From an uncultured Gammaproteobacteria bacterium (GTDB taxonomy: Bacteria; Pseudomonadota; Gammaproteobacteria; JAKDMP01), in contig CAWJLN010000009.1 in NCBI GenBank assembly GCA_963843735.1, positions 398,574-462,573 on the forward strand: a stretch of DNA of 64,000 nt, given 5' to 3'. Under the pieces are notes generated by a model, which was given only the letters and a program-made list of their open reading frames with translations, was not told the origin of the DNA and made no database searches. The position numbers and the translations under genes are program-made. Position 1 is the stretch's first letter. Each line of letters opens with the position of its first letter. This document shows positions 1 through 9,882 of this stretch, piece after piece.

Positions 1-2
1 CG

Positions 3-707
3 GCCGACGGCATGCACAGTGCGCTGCGTGCTTCGATCTTCGGCGATGTCGAGCCATACGACACGCAATTCGATGCGTGGATGTGGTGGGCGCCCGAAGG
101 CACGGGTCCCGCAGCTACAGCATCGGAGCACTGGGGCCCGTCCGCGTTCGTCGGCCTGTACCCGATGGCCGGCCGCGTGAACGTGGCCGTGGGCGTGCCC
201 CGTCCGCTGTCTCCCGATCCCGAGAGCGATCCGGACGCGATTCACGACGCGCTTCATGCAGTGGTAGCCGAACATGCACCGGGAGCTGCTGCGATTGCCG
301 GACTATGGGATACGACGCAAGGTACCCGCCCTTTCCTGTGGCCGTTGCTGGACTACCGCGCGCCCGACATTGTCGCATTGGATAACCGGGTTGCGCTTGT
401 GGGCGATAGCGGCATCGGATTTCTGCCGACGGCGGGCGTCGGTGCTTCCAATGCGTTGCGTTCCGCGGCCGCCTTGGCCTACGAGATCTCCCTCGCCGAT
501 GCCGACAATGTTGCGGTTGCGGTAGCGCGCTGGCGCACGCGCGTCAAGAAGCTGGTGGAGGGCAATCAGCACGATTCGCGGCAACTGGCCAAGGTGATGA
601 TGGTCCGGCACAAGACATCGTCCGCGCTCATCAACACCCTGATGAAGCACATGCCCGTGACCGCCATGACCCGGAGCATCGTCGCCAGCATGGCCGCTCC
701 GTTCTGA
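3..707 (+). CDS. FAD-dependent monooxygenase, C-terminal part (5' end outside window)
   Basis: Frame is open from position 3 (ADGMHSALR = DG motif); VALVGDS..GFLPTAGVGASNAL is the second FAD-binding motif of flavoprotein hydroxylases. Confidence 0.8.
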   Translation, partial: ADGMHSALRASIFGDVEPYDTQFDAWMWWAPEGTGPAATASEHWGPSAFVGLYPMAGRVNVAVGVPRPLSPDPESDPDAIHDALHAVVAEHAPGAAAIAGLWDTTQGTRPFLWPLLDYRAPDIVALDNRVALVGDSGIGFLPTAGVGASNALRSAAALAYEISLADADNVAVAVARWRTRVKKLVEGNQHDSRQLAKVMMVRHKTSSALINTLMKHMPVTAMTRSIVASMAAPF

Positions 708-787
708 TCGTCGCCGGGCGGTTGATTCGACTCTGACGCAGTTCTGACTGCGGACAAGAAATTTTGCCCCGTATGGATCGAGCGGGC

Positions 788-2125
788 TTAAGTTTTTTGG
801 GCGCCGTTCTTCCCGGCTTTCGAAAGACGGATGGTCCGCTTAGTGATCAATCGAAAGCCGAGTTCCGCCAGGAAGGCCAGACCCGTCATCCCAAGAAGGA
901 TCCAGAGCCGATCGGGCGATCGGTCCGCGGTCTGCCAGAGGAGACTTGCCAGTGCGCCTATGCACAGCGCGACGCCCGTAAGCGAAAGCCAGCGTTTGCT
1001 GTGCGTGTCCTTGGCGAGCACCGCGTTGGCTCCGTTGACTGCCGCAAAAATCAGCAGGAAGCCGGCGCTGCCCATCGTGGATATATTCGACAGATTGGTT
1101 AGATTGGCGATCAACAGGGTGGCGCCCGACGTGAGCAAAAGCCCTTCCACCGGTTTTCCCCAGATTTTCTTTTCCAATACGGCCGGAAGCTCCCCGTCCT
1201 TGGCGATCACATAGCTCAATCGGGCTGCGCCGTACGCCGTGGCATTAATGGCGGACGCCGTCGATAGCATGGCCGCGACGGCGATCAGAATAAATCCCGT
1301 CTGCCCCAGCGACGGGCGTGCCGCCTCGGCCAGCGCATAGTCTTTGGCGCCGATGATTTTCTCGATGGGAAGACTGCCGACGGCAACTATGGCGACCAGG
1401 AGATAGAGAACGATGACGAAGCCGACGCTCGAATAGAAGGCGCGGGGCAGGGTGCGGGATGCATTCCGCACGTCCTGCGCCGTGTTGGCGATCAGCTCGA
1501 ATCCTTCGTAGGCCAGAAAAATGATCATCCCGCCCGCGACAAGATTGATGGAAGGCGACCATGCCGACGGCGCGAGCCTCGCGCCGTCCACGCCCCAGAT
1601 GCCGACGCCGACGAAAAAAATCAGTATCACCAGCTTGATCAGCACGATCCAGTCTTCCGCTTCGCCGATCAGTTTGGCCTTCAGTAGATTTAATGCGGTA
1701 ATGGAAACGACGATGCCGGTGATCAGAACATGTTTCCCGATCGGCTGCCAAGCCGGCGGGAACAGGGACGATCCATAGCTTCCGAAAGCATAGGCATAAA
1801 GCGACAGCATGACGACATAACTTATCCAGAGCAGGATATTCATGCTGCCCGTCAGCAGGCCGGGGCCGAACGCGCGGTCCAGGAATGCCACTGTCCCTCC
1901 CTGGCTCCGATAGGTAACGGAGAGACGCGCATACGAATAAGAGGTGACGAGGGCGACGATACCCGCGATAAGAAAGGCCAGCGGCGCACCGCCGTGGGCC
2001 AATTGCACCGACAGGCCGAGGACGGCGAAGATGCCGCCGCCCACCATGCCGCCTATCCCTATCGCCGTAACCTCCCAGAAACCCAGATCCCCCTTTCCGG
2101 TTTCATTCGAGGAAGCTTTGGTCAT
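788..2125 (-). CDS. APC family amino-acid permease
   Basis: 445 aa, about 12 hydrophobic segments, IGIGGMVGGGIF TM1 motif and FLAYEGFE TM6 motif. Confidence 0.9.
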   Translation of the reverse strand: MTKASSNETGKGDLGFWEVTAIGIGGMVGGGIFAVLGLSVQLAHGGAPLAFLIAGIVALVTSYSYARLSVTYRSQGGTVAFLDRAFGPGLLTGSMNILLWISYVVMLSLYAYAFGSYGSSLFPPAWQPIGKHVLITGIVVSITALNLLKAKLIGEAEDWIVLIKLVILIFFVGVGIWGVDGARLAPSAWSPSINLVAGGMIIFLAYEGFELIANTAQDVRNASRTLPRAFYSSVGFVIVLYLLVAIVAVGSLPIEKIIGAKDYALAEAARPSLGQTGFILIAVAAMLSTASAINATAYGAARLSYVIAKDGELPAVLEKKIWGKPVEGLLLTSGATLLIANLTNLSNISTMGSAGFLLIFAAVNGANAVLAKDTHSKRWLSLTGVALCIGALASLLWQTADRSPDRLWILLGMTGLAFLAELGFRLITKRTIRLSKAGKNGAQKT

Positions 2126-2150
2126 TTTCGAGCCGCTTTTCCTGGAAACC

Positions 2151-2624
2151 TCAGGGAACGATATGTACGGGTTCGCATCGGATTTCCGTCTTCACCGAGT
2201 TGGCAATAAAGCATTTTTCATGCGCCTCGTGATGCATGTTATCAATTTGCGTGCGGTCGGGAACGCGTTCCCCCGAAAAGGCGGCTTCCGGCTTCAGAGT
2301 CACGACCGTCATGGCAATCTTCCCCATCGCGTCTTTCCCCATCAATCCGCTCGGCGCGTCAAAGTAGCGATCAACACGGAATCCGTCTTTTGCGGCAAGG
2401 GCCAGGAACCAGAGCATGTGGCAACTGGAAAGCGCGGCGATGAAAGCCTCTTCGGGATCAACCGCCGACGTATCCGACATTGGTGGAGGGACCACGTGCG
2501 GCGAGGCGGAAAAGGGGATTTCGAAGCCGCCGTCGAAACGAATCACATGCCTTCGGCTGTAGCGGTTGTCGAGGAAATCCTCGCCGTTGCGCAGCCAAAG
2601 CACTTCCGCGGTGTATGTACTCAT
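2151..2624 (-). CDS. OsmC/Ohr family protein
   Basis: Start reassigned to ATG 2624, which overlaps the upstream stop (ATGA); DPEEAFIAALSSCHMLWF and KCFIANS contain the two OsmC cysteines. Confidence 0.88.
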   Translation of the reverse strand: MSTYTAEVLWLRNGEDFLDNRYSRRHVIRFDGGFEIPFSASPHVVPPPMSDTSAVDPEEAFIAALSSCHMLWFLALAAKDGFRVDRYFDAPSGLMGKDAMGKIAMTVVTLKPEAAFSGERVPDRTQIDNMHHEAHEKCFIANSVKTEIRCEPVHIVP

Positions 2625-3019
2625 AACTCGTTTCCCGAGGCCTCCTTGCTGTAGTCCGCCAGTTTGTGTGCATGAAGTTCCCAATGCTTGCCGTCGAACG
2701 GCTCGATAATCAGTTCCTTCGGTTGCGGTTCCAGGCAGCGGACGTTGACGTCGTAGCCGTCGGGATTGGATCGCGGAATATAGAAGGATTTGACGCCGCA
2801 GGTCTTGCAGAACGTGTGTCGTGCGATCCGCGTTCCGAACGAATAGGCCGAGAGGTTTTCCGTGCCTTGCAGAAGTTTGAATGCGGATTTTGGCACGATG
2901 AGATGCAGGAAACCGGATTTCGTGCAGATCGAACAGTTGCACTCCAGACACGCGATCCGCTCGGACGCCTCGACTTCGAACCTGACCGCACCGCAATGGC
3001 AAGCGCCGCGATAAATCAT
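2621..3019 (-). CDS. GFA/CENP-V family zinc-binding protein
   Basis: GACHCGAVRF, CNCSIC, FCKTCG cysteine pattern. Confidence 0.9.
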   Translation of the reverse strand: MIYRGACHCGAVRFEVEASERIACLECNCSICTKSGFLHLIVPKSAFKLLQGTENLSAYSFGTRIARHTFCKTCGVKSFYIPRSNPDGYDVNVRCLEPQPKELIIEPFDGKHWELHAHKLADYSKEASGNEL

Positions 3020-3028
3020 CGCTTCCTT

Positions 3029-4543
3029 TTACTGTGTCGGCGTGGCGTGACAGGCGAGCAGGGCGTTAGACGCCAGTTTGCCCGCTAATACAGGGCCGAC
3101 GGTATAGGGAAAATTCGTCGTGATCACATAGTGATAGCCGCGCCCGTCACCGCTGTCCTGGCCGTTGTGTTCATCGAGATAGGATCCGCCTTGCGCGGCG
3201 CAGGCGCTGTCGAAATAGTAGTCCTCGTAGTACGCTCCCGACACGGCGGGAATCGGGTTGCCGGAAGCCGAATGGACGGTGGCGCTCGTGTCGGGCCCCG
3301 CGCTGGGGGCGGCCACGGTGCCCGCGGCGGGGTCGGTGTTGTCGACAAGCAGGCAGGTGCGCGCACCTGCCGTGCCGCAGCCGGTGGGCGAGCCGGGTGT
3401 GTCGTAGTCGCGCTTTTTCCAGCAGCTCTTGGCCGTCGTGCCGTCGGATTCGTAGGGGCCGTACACGGGGTAGCCGTCGGCGGCATAGCCGTAGATGGGC
3501 GAATGTGCCGTGCCCGTATCGCCGATTTCTTTCTGAAGACAGGCCGGCAGGTCATGGTGGTGATAGGCGCCCTGCATCTGAGCATGGCCCTCGCACAGGT
3601 CCGCGTCGTACTCCTCGAAAACCGGGGCCAACTGATGCCAGATGCCGGCCTCGTTGTAGGAGTGGCCGTCGTTCCAGTTGTAGAGGGGGATGCCGTTGCG
3701 AAACATGCCGTCGCTGCCGAGGCTCGTGTAGCAGATCTGCGTCGCCGGGGCGGGCGTGACCGGGAAGAACGAATCGTAGTTCTGGTTGCTGGGGCAGCCC
3801 GGTCCCGGCGGCCACCATCCTTCGCCGCCCTGGGTCAGGTAGCAGTTGCCGGTGCTGGCGTAGTTGATGTCACTTGCCCAATCCACCTGTTCTCCCAGCG
3901 TAACGTTCGGACCCGTGCCGCCGCGAAAATCCGTCGCGTAATTGGGCCGGCTGTACAGAAAATCCAGGTCGGCCTGCGTGATCGTGTGCACGTAGTCCGG
4001 GATGCCGGTGGAATGCACCTCGTAGTACTCGATGCCGCCGGTGTCGATCACTCCCGCGCTCTGGACGTTGACGGGAATGCTGCTGCCGTCCGGGTCCGTC
4101 ATGGTCGGCGAAACGATGCCCGTCGGATTCAACATCCACGCCGTGGAAACCGTTGTCGCATTTGCATTACTCGTTGCCTGTCCGTCGCTCACGGTTAGAG
4201 AGAAGATGTAGATTCCATAGACGTCGGGTGTAAACGTGGGCGTGGCGTTCGTGGGATCGGATAGCAGCGCCTGGCTGCCGGAGGGTGCGAATGCGATTTG
4301 CCAATCATAGGTGAGCGGAAGCCCCTGCGGGTCACTGCTGCTGCTGCCGTCGAGCGTGACGAGCGCTCCCACCGTGGCGTTTTGGGCCACGCCGGCCGAG
4401 GCCGTCGGCGGGGTTACGTCGCCACCCCCGCCGCCGCTGCTGCCGCTCCCGCCTCCGCAGGCGCTCAAAAGCAGCCCCGTGGCCAGCGCAAGCACGATAA
4501 GGAGCGTAGCCCCCCATCCGGAAATAACGGAACCGAATTTCAT
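3029..4543 (-). CDS. Lipoprotein with PKD-like domain and YHYH domain
   Basis: Start reassigned to ATG 4543; lipobox LSAC followed by a Gly-rich linker; VTLDGSSSSDP..LTYDW..YIFSLTVSDG (PKD-like); GAYHHHD and YHYVIT (YHYH-type motifs). Confidence 0.75.
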   Translation of the reverse strand: MKFGSVISGWGATLLIVLALATGLLLSACGGGSGSSGGGGGDVTPPTASAGVAQNATVGALVTLDGSSSSDPQGLPLTYDWQIAFAPSGSQALLSDPTNATPTFTPDVYGIYIFSLTVSDGQATSNANATTVSTAWMLNPTGIVSPTMTDPDGSSIPVNVQSAGVIDTGGIEYYEVHSTGIPDYVHTITQADLDFLYSRPNYATDFRGGTGPNVTLGEQVDWASDINYASTGNCYLTQGGEGWWPPGPGCPSNQNYDSFFPVTPAPATQICYTSLGSDGMFRNGIPLYNWNDGHSYNEAGIWHQLAPVFEEYDADLCEGHAQMQGAYHHHDLPACLQKEIGDTGTAHSPIYGYAADGYPVYGPYESDGTTAKSCWKKRDYDTPGSPTGCGTAGARTCLLVDNTDPAAGTVAAPSAGPDTSATVHSASGNPIPAVSGAYYEDYYFDSACAAQGGSYLDEHNGQDSGDGRGYHYVITTNFPYTVGPVLAGKLASNALLACHATPTQ

Positions 4544-4693
4544 CTCAGGTGTTCCGGTCGGGAATTTGCCAAGTATAGACGTCTTTGCATGCCTGGAAAC
4601 CGAAACCACGGCGGTGCCGCCTGACGCGGGCCGGTTTATGCATCGTTCGTAGCGGTTAAGCTGGAATTCCGATAGATTCGGTGCGGACGTAAT

Positions 4694-6988
4694 ATGCTGG
4701 ACTGGAAGGCCCGCCTGCAACAGGGGTTGCTCGCCATCACCGGCCTTGGGTTGGTGCTCGGTGGTCTGGGCTGGCTGACGTCGAACTCCGTTCTCATGGA
4801 CGGCGCATGGATCGGCGCCGTGGCCGTGACTCTCGTTGCCGTGGCGGTGGACATCGTACGCCAGCTTCGCCGCGGCAAGGTGGGAGTGGACGTGCTCGCG
4901 CTGCTGACCATGGCCGGGGCGCTGGCGCTGGGAGAATTCCTTGCCGGCGCCGTCATCGCGTTGATGGTCGCGAGCGGGCGCGCGCTAGAGGAATATGCCG
5001 GACGCCGCGCCAAGCGCGAGCTGTCGGCCTTGCTTGCTCGCCAGCCCCGCACGACGCACCGGTATGCCGACGGCGGGCTGGAGGAAATCCCGCTCGAACG
5101 CGTTCGCCCCGGCGATCGCCTGCTGGTCAGGGCCGGCGACGTGGTTCCCGTGGACGGTCTGCTGCTTTCGCCCGCGGCGGTTCTGGACGAAGCGGCACTC
5201 ACGGGTGAATCCCTGCCGGTCAACTGCGAGCAGGGTGCGGCCCTGCATAGCGGCGGCGTCAACGCGGGGCAGGCCTTCGAACTCAAGGCGCTGACGACGG
5301 CCTCCGATTCCACCTATGCCGGAATCATCCGGCTGGTGCGGGAAGCGCAGGAGGGCAAGGCCCCCTTCACGCGGCTTGCCGATCGCTATGCGCTCTGGTT
5401 CATTCCCTTGACGCTCGCCGTCGCGGGTATCGCCTGGCTGGTTTCCGCGAGTCCCGTCCGCGCGCTCGCGGTGCTCGTCGTTGCGACCCCGTGTCCTCTG
5501 ATTCTTGCCGCGCCGGTGGCAATCGTCGCCGGCATTTCGCGGGCGGCGCGGCGCGGATTCCTGATCAAGAACGGCGGCGCACTCGAGGCGCTTGCGCGGG
5601 CTCAGACCGTGATGTTCGACAAGACCGGCACTCTGACCGTTGGAACCGCGCGGCTGGTCGGCATCGAAACCGCAGGCGGCATCGCCCCCGACGAAGCGCT
5701 CCGGCTGGCGGCATCGCTGGATCAGGCTTCCCAGCACGTCTCTGCCCAGGCGCTCGTTGCCGAAGCGAAGCAACGCGGGCTGCACCTGGCGTTGCCGGAA
5801 GACATTCGGGAGACACCCGGTGCCGGCGTGGCCGGCCGGGTTGAAGGACGCGTGGTCCGTGTCGGCAGTTTCGACTGGCTGAACGGCGACGCTCCGCCCT
5901 CGGATTAGGCCCGCGGCGTGCTTCGACACATGGCAGTGCAAGGCCGATCGGGCGCCTTCGTGGAAGTGGACGGCGAGCTTTGCGCGGCCCTGCTGCTGGC
6001 CGACGACATTCGTCTCGATACCGCCCGGGCGCTGCGGGAACTGCGCCGCGCCGGCATCCGGCGCACGGTCATGGTGAGCGGCGATCGTCAGGACGTCGCC
6101 GAGACCATCGCGTTTGCCTTGGGAATCGACACGGTACTTGCCGAGTGCACGCCGGCGGACAAGGTCGCGGCGGTCGAAGCGGAACGCGCGCTGGCGCCGA
6201 CCGTCATGGTCGGCGACGGCATCAACGACGCGCCGGCACTCGCGGCGGCGGATGTCGGTGTCGCCATGGGCGCGCGCGGGGCGGCGGCGTCCGCGGAGAC
6301 CGCCGACGCCGTACTGCTGGTTGATCGTCTCGACCGTCTCGCGGAAGGCGTATTCATCGCGCGGCGCAGCCGCCGCATCGCCCTGCAGAGTGTCTTCGCC
6401 GGAATGGGTCTGTCGCTGGTCGCGATGGGTTTTGCGGCGGGCGGATTCATCGCGCCGGTATTCGGCGCGATGCTCCAGGAAGTCATAGACGTGGCGGTCA
6501 TCCTCAACGCCCTGCGCGCGGTGGCGTCGCCGCATGTGGCATCCCGCCGGCACATGATTCCCGAGGCCGCCGTAGAGCGACTGCGCACCGAGCACGATCA
6601 CCTCATGCCGTTCCTCGACCGCATTGATGCCGCCGCCCACGCCGTGAGCGGCCCCGAACCCGAGCGCGCGCGACCGGAATTGGAGGCGGTGGCGGAGATG
6701 CTCCGCACGCAACTGCTGCCGCACGAGCGCCAGGACGAGGAAAGTCTCTATCCGCAGCTCGCCGGCGTGCTGCGCGGCGCCGACCCGCTCGCCGCGATGA
6801 GCCGGACGCATCGAGAAATCTTCCATCTCGCCCGCCTTTACAGCCGGCTGCTCGAAGACCTGCCGCCGGGGCCGCTCCCGGATTTCGAACTCGGCCAGCT
6901 GCGCCGCCTGCTCTACAGCCTCGGTGCCATCCTGCGTTTGCACTTCACCCAGGAGGAAGAGATCTTCCAGGCCGCCGCACTCGATTGA
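4694..6988 (+). pseudogene. P1B-5-type heavy-metal P-type ATPase with C-terminal hemerythrin domain, interrupted by one in-frame TAG (5906-5908)
   Basis: TGES, TPCP, DKTGT, GDGINDAP and QEVID motifs; both ORF halves are in the same frame; His/Glu-rich tail (EHDHL, HERQDEE, HREI, HFTQEEE) fits hemerythrin. Confidence 0.88.
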
Positions 6989-7005
6989 GCCGACGTTCGG
7001 CCGGC

Positions 7006-7371
7006 TTATATCCAGACGTCGTTTTTCGCCGTGCGTTCGCCGCCCGCCTCTCCCGTATTCGTGACGCCGCGCGGTTCGATGAGGAGCAGCTTGACTTCGC
7101 CTTCCGCAAAGGGCTTGTGCTCGGTGCCCTTCGGAACGACAAACATCTCGCCTTCGCCGAGCCTCACGCAGCCGTCCCGGAAGTCTATACGCAGGGTTCC
7201 TTCGAGGACGATGAAGGTCTCGTCGGTGTCCTTGTGATCGTGCCAGACGAAGTCGCCCTCGATCCTCACGAGCTTGAACTGGTAGTCGTTCATCTCGGCG
7301 ACGACCTTCGGCGCCCACTGATCGTCGAAAAGGCCGAACTTCTGTTCGAAATTCACCGTTTCATAATTCAT
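7006..7371 (-). CDS. Cupin domain protein
   Basis: Start ATG 7371; GDFVWHDHKDTDETF and FVVPKGTEHKP cupin motifs. Confidence 0.85.
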   Translation of the reverse strand: MNYETVNFEQKFGLFDDQWAPKVVAEMNDYQFKLVRIEGDFVWHDHKDTDETFIVLEGTLRIDFRDGCVRLGEGEMFVVPKGTEHKPFAEGEVKLLLIEPRGVTNTGEAGGERTAKNDVWI

Positions 7372-7514
7372 GCGATCTCCTGCGTCTGGCGCCTTCGGCA
7401 GCGGGATTATAGTCCCGAATCGGCCGGCTGGCGCCGTTTGTTCCCATTCCCGCAAATGCGGAGTAGAATTCACCTGCCTCGTCCGAACCCGCTCATTCAG
7501 AGGAGTAAGTCGCC

Positions 7515-8075
7515 ATGGTCTCACTCGCCCATCTCTGGCTTCCCATTCTCGTTTCCGCCGTCGGCGTCTTTGTCGCGAGCAGCATCGTGCACATGGTTCT
7601 GAAATTCTGGCACACGCCCGACTATCGCGGCCTGTCGAACGAAGACGAAGTGGGTGCTGTCATCCGTGACGGCAATCCCGCGCCCGGCATGTACATGCTG
7701 CCGCACTGCCGCATGGAAGACATGAAAAAGCCCGAAGTTCGCGAGAAATTCGAACGCGGTCCCGTGAGCTTCATGATCCTGCGGCCGAACGGCGTGCCCA
7801 ACATGGGCAAGAGCCTGGTGCAGTGGTTCGTTTTCAGCCTGATCGTCTCGCTTTTCGCCGGCTATATTGCCGGGATCTCGCTCGGGCCGGATGCGTCCGG
7901 CATCCACGTGCTGCGAACCGTCTGGACGGTCGCCTTCATGAGCTACGGCCTCGCCGCGCTGCCCCTCGGCATCTGGTGGGGGCAGCCGTGGAGATCCGTC
8001 GCCAAGGGCGTGATCGACGGCGCGATTTACAGTCTGGTTGCCGCCGTGATCTTCGTCTGGCTCTGGCCCCACTGA
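7515..8075 (+). CDS. Hypothetical integral membrane protein (about 4 TM)
   Basis: RBS AGGAG before the ATG; hydrophobic segments; no recognised motif. Confidence 0.75.
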   Translation: MVSLAHLWLPILVSAVGVFVASSIVHMVLKFWHTPDYRGLSNEDEVGAVIRDGNPAPGMYMLPHCRMEDMKKPEVREKFERGPVSFMILRPNGVPNMGKSLVQWFVFSLIVSLFAGYIAGISLGPDASGIHVLRTVWTVAFMSYGLAALPLGIWWGQPWRSVAKGVIDGAIYSLVAAVIFVWLWPH

Positions 8076-8101
8076 GCGGTCAAACCGGAGGAGGAGGTGC
8101 C

Positions 8102-8479
8102 ATGATCGAGTTCATCGAAGGATTCCCGGAGGGAACCATTGCAATCGCCGGCAAAGGACGCGTAACGGCGGAGGACTACGACAAGGTCTTGATCCCGAAG
8201 ATCGAGGAAACCCTCGAACGTCACGGCAAGCTGAGTTTGTATTGCGAACTGGGCGAAGGGTTTTCGGGAATCGACGCGGCTGCCGTATGGAAAGACCTCA
8301 AGATCGGAGTCGCGCATCTGTCGCGTTGGGAACGCATGGCGATCGTGACCGACGTCGAATGGATCCGATTTGCGATCAACGCCTTTCGCTTCCTGATGCT
8401 GGGCCGGGTCAGAGTCTTCTCAACCGGCGACGTCTCCGAGGCCCGCGCCTGGATTGCGGCGGTGAACCCGCCCGCCTGA
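8102..8479 (+). CDS. STAS/SEC14 (SpoIIAA-like) domain protein
   Basis: Strong RBS GGAGGAGGAGG; GRVTAEDY..., WKDLKIG..., RMAIVTD..W pattern. Confidence 0.8.
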   Translation: MIEFIEGFPEGTIAIAGKGRVTAEDYDKVLIPKIEETLERHGKLSLYCELGEGFSGIDAAAVWKDLKIGVAHLSRWERMAIVTDVEWIRFAINAFRFLMLGRVRVFSTGDVSEARAWIAAVNPPA

Positions 8480-8628
8480 CCTGTGCCCATGGTCCGCGAA
8501 AGCGACGGCCCCGCTGCGACGGGCGGGGGTCTCGGCGGGCGCCGCCTCGTTCCGGGCCGGGCCCGTGCCGCCCGTTGCCGTTATTCGGGCGCATAATATC
8601 GGCATCGCCGTCCCTTGCTGAGTCCGCC

Positions 8629-9405
8629 ATGAAGCCGTCCATCTTCGCCATGTCGTTTGCCCTTTCGCTTCCCTTGGCCGTGCTGGCCAAACCGGCCGCG
8701 CAACCGGGCAGTGCGGTGACGCCGGCCTACATCGTAGCGGCCGTCAACGATCCCGCGCGTGCGGCCGACAAGGCCGACGACGCCCGCCGCAAAATTACCG
8801 CCGTGATGATCTTTGCCGAGGTCAAGCCGGGGCAGAAGGTGCTCGAACTCGTACCTGGCACGGGCTACTGGACCCGCGTATTCAGCGGCATCGTCGGGCC
8901 GAAGGGGCATGTCTATACGGTGTGGCCGGAGGAGATGGCCAAATTCTCGACCAAGCGTTTTACGCAATGGCAAAAGCTGGTTGCCACGCCGCATTACGCC
9001 AACGTCAGTCTGTTGCAGGAGCCGGCGGCGAAACTGAGCGCGCCCGAGCCGGTGGACCTGGTATTCACCGCGCAGAACTATCACGACTATCACGATCCGT
9101 TCATGGGCCCGGTTGATATGGCCGCGTTCGACAAACAGGTGTTTGCCGCGCTCAAGCCTGGCGGCCTGTTCGTGGTCATAGATCATGTCGCGCCCGCCGG
9201 ATCGGGCGTGAGCGACACCAACACCCTGCACCGCATCGATCCGGCGGTGGTGAAGAAGGAAGTGGAAGCCGCGGGCTTCGTCTTCGACGGCGCAAGCGAC
9301 GCGCTGCGCAACCCGGCCGATCCGCACACCGCCACCGTGTTCGACAAGTCCATCCGCGGTCACACCGATCAGTTCATCTATCGCTTCCGCAAGCCCGCAA
9401 AATAA
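8629..9405 (+). CDS. Class I SAM-dependent methyltransferase with signal peptide (COG4798-like)
   Basis: Start ATG 8629; VLELVPGTGYWT motif I; QNYHD; ALKPGGLFVVIDH; hydrophobic N-terminus ending AVLA. Confidence 0.82.
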   Translation: MKPSIFAMSFALSLPLAVLAKPAAQPGSAVTPAYIVAAVNDPARAADKADDARRKITAVMIFAEVKPGQKVLELVPGTGYWTRVFSGIVGPKGHVYTVWPEEMAKFSTKRFTQWQKLVATPHYANVSLLQEPAAKLSAPEPVDLVFTAQNYHDYHDPFMGPVDMAAFDKQVFAALKPGGLFVVIDHVAPAGSGVSDTNTLHRIDPAVVKKEVEAAGFVFDGASDALRNPADPHTATVFDKSIRGHTDQFIYRFRKPAK

Positions 9406-9448
9406 TCGGCCCAGAGGAATTGGGAAACCTCGATTTTTTTGGAGCTTA

Positions 9449-9718
9449 CAGTATGTGATTGGCCGACCCTTCGTGCGCCGCGCCGTGATGCATCTGCCCG
9501 CCAGCAAGACCTTCACCATTGTCGCCAAGCCCATGAGTGATGCGCATCCGTACATCGGCAAGGCATTCCTGAACGACAAGCCGCTCGATCGCACCTATTT
9601 CCGCTACCAGGACATCACCGCCAGCGGCGGACTGTGCTTCGTAATGCAGGCCAAGCCCAACAAGACCTGGAGCATCGCCGCCGACGCCCGCCCCTATTCA
9701 ATGAGCACCGTCCAATAG
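9449..9718 (+). pseudogene. C-terminal fragment of a glycoside hydrolase family 92 (alpha-mannosidase) gene
   Basis: QYVIGRPFVRRAVMHLP..KTFTIVA..HPYI...LNDKPL.R.Y...I..GG.L.FVM...PNKTW matches the GH92 C-terminus as I recall it; no upstream coding region. Confidence 0.7.
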
Positions 9719-9882
9719 CCCCACTTCGAGAGCCATTGGATCAGGATTGTCTAGCCTTCCCTTATTCCGCTTTAAACTCGGGCGGCTTTATGGGCAGCAG
9801 AGGTGTGGCTAAGATGAGTATGACAGAGTCAAACACCGCGGCTTGTAAGCCGCATTCTCACATTCTTTGTTACTTGTCTCCT

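Noticed and set aside
5906-5908. Amber recoding (pyrrolysine or readthrough) in the ATPase
   Set aside because: TAG ends several normal genes here (mnmG, dedA, amidohydrolase), no pyl genes are visible, and a single TGG to TAG change is simpler
4985-7318. 777-aa minus-strand ORF and other long antisense ORFs (e.g. 24395-26245, 41750-43531, 47926-49533, 49723-51291, 53439-55181, 61424-62965)
   Set aside because: They are shadows of well-supported genes on the opposite strand in high-GC DNA and have no recognisable motifs
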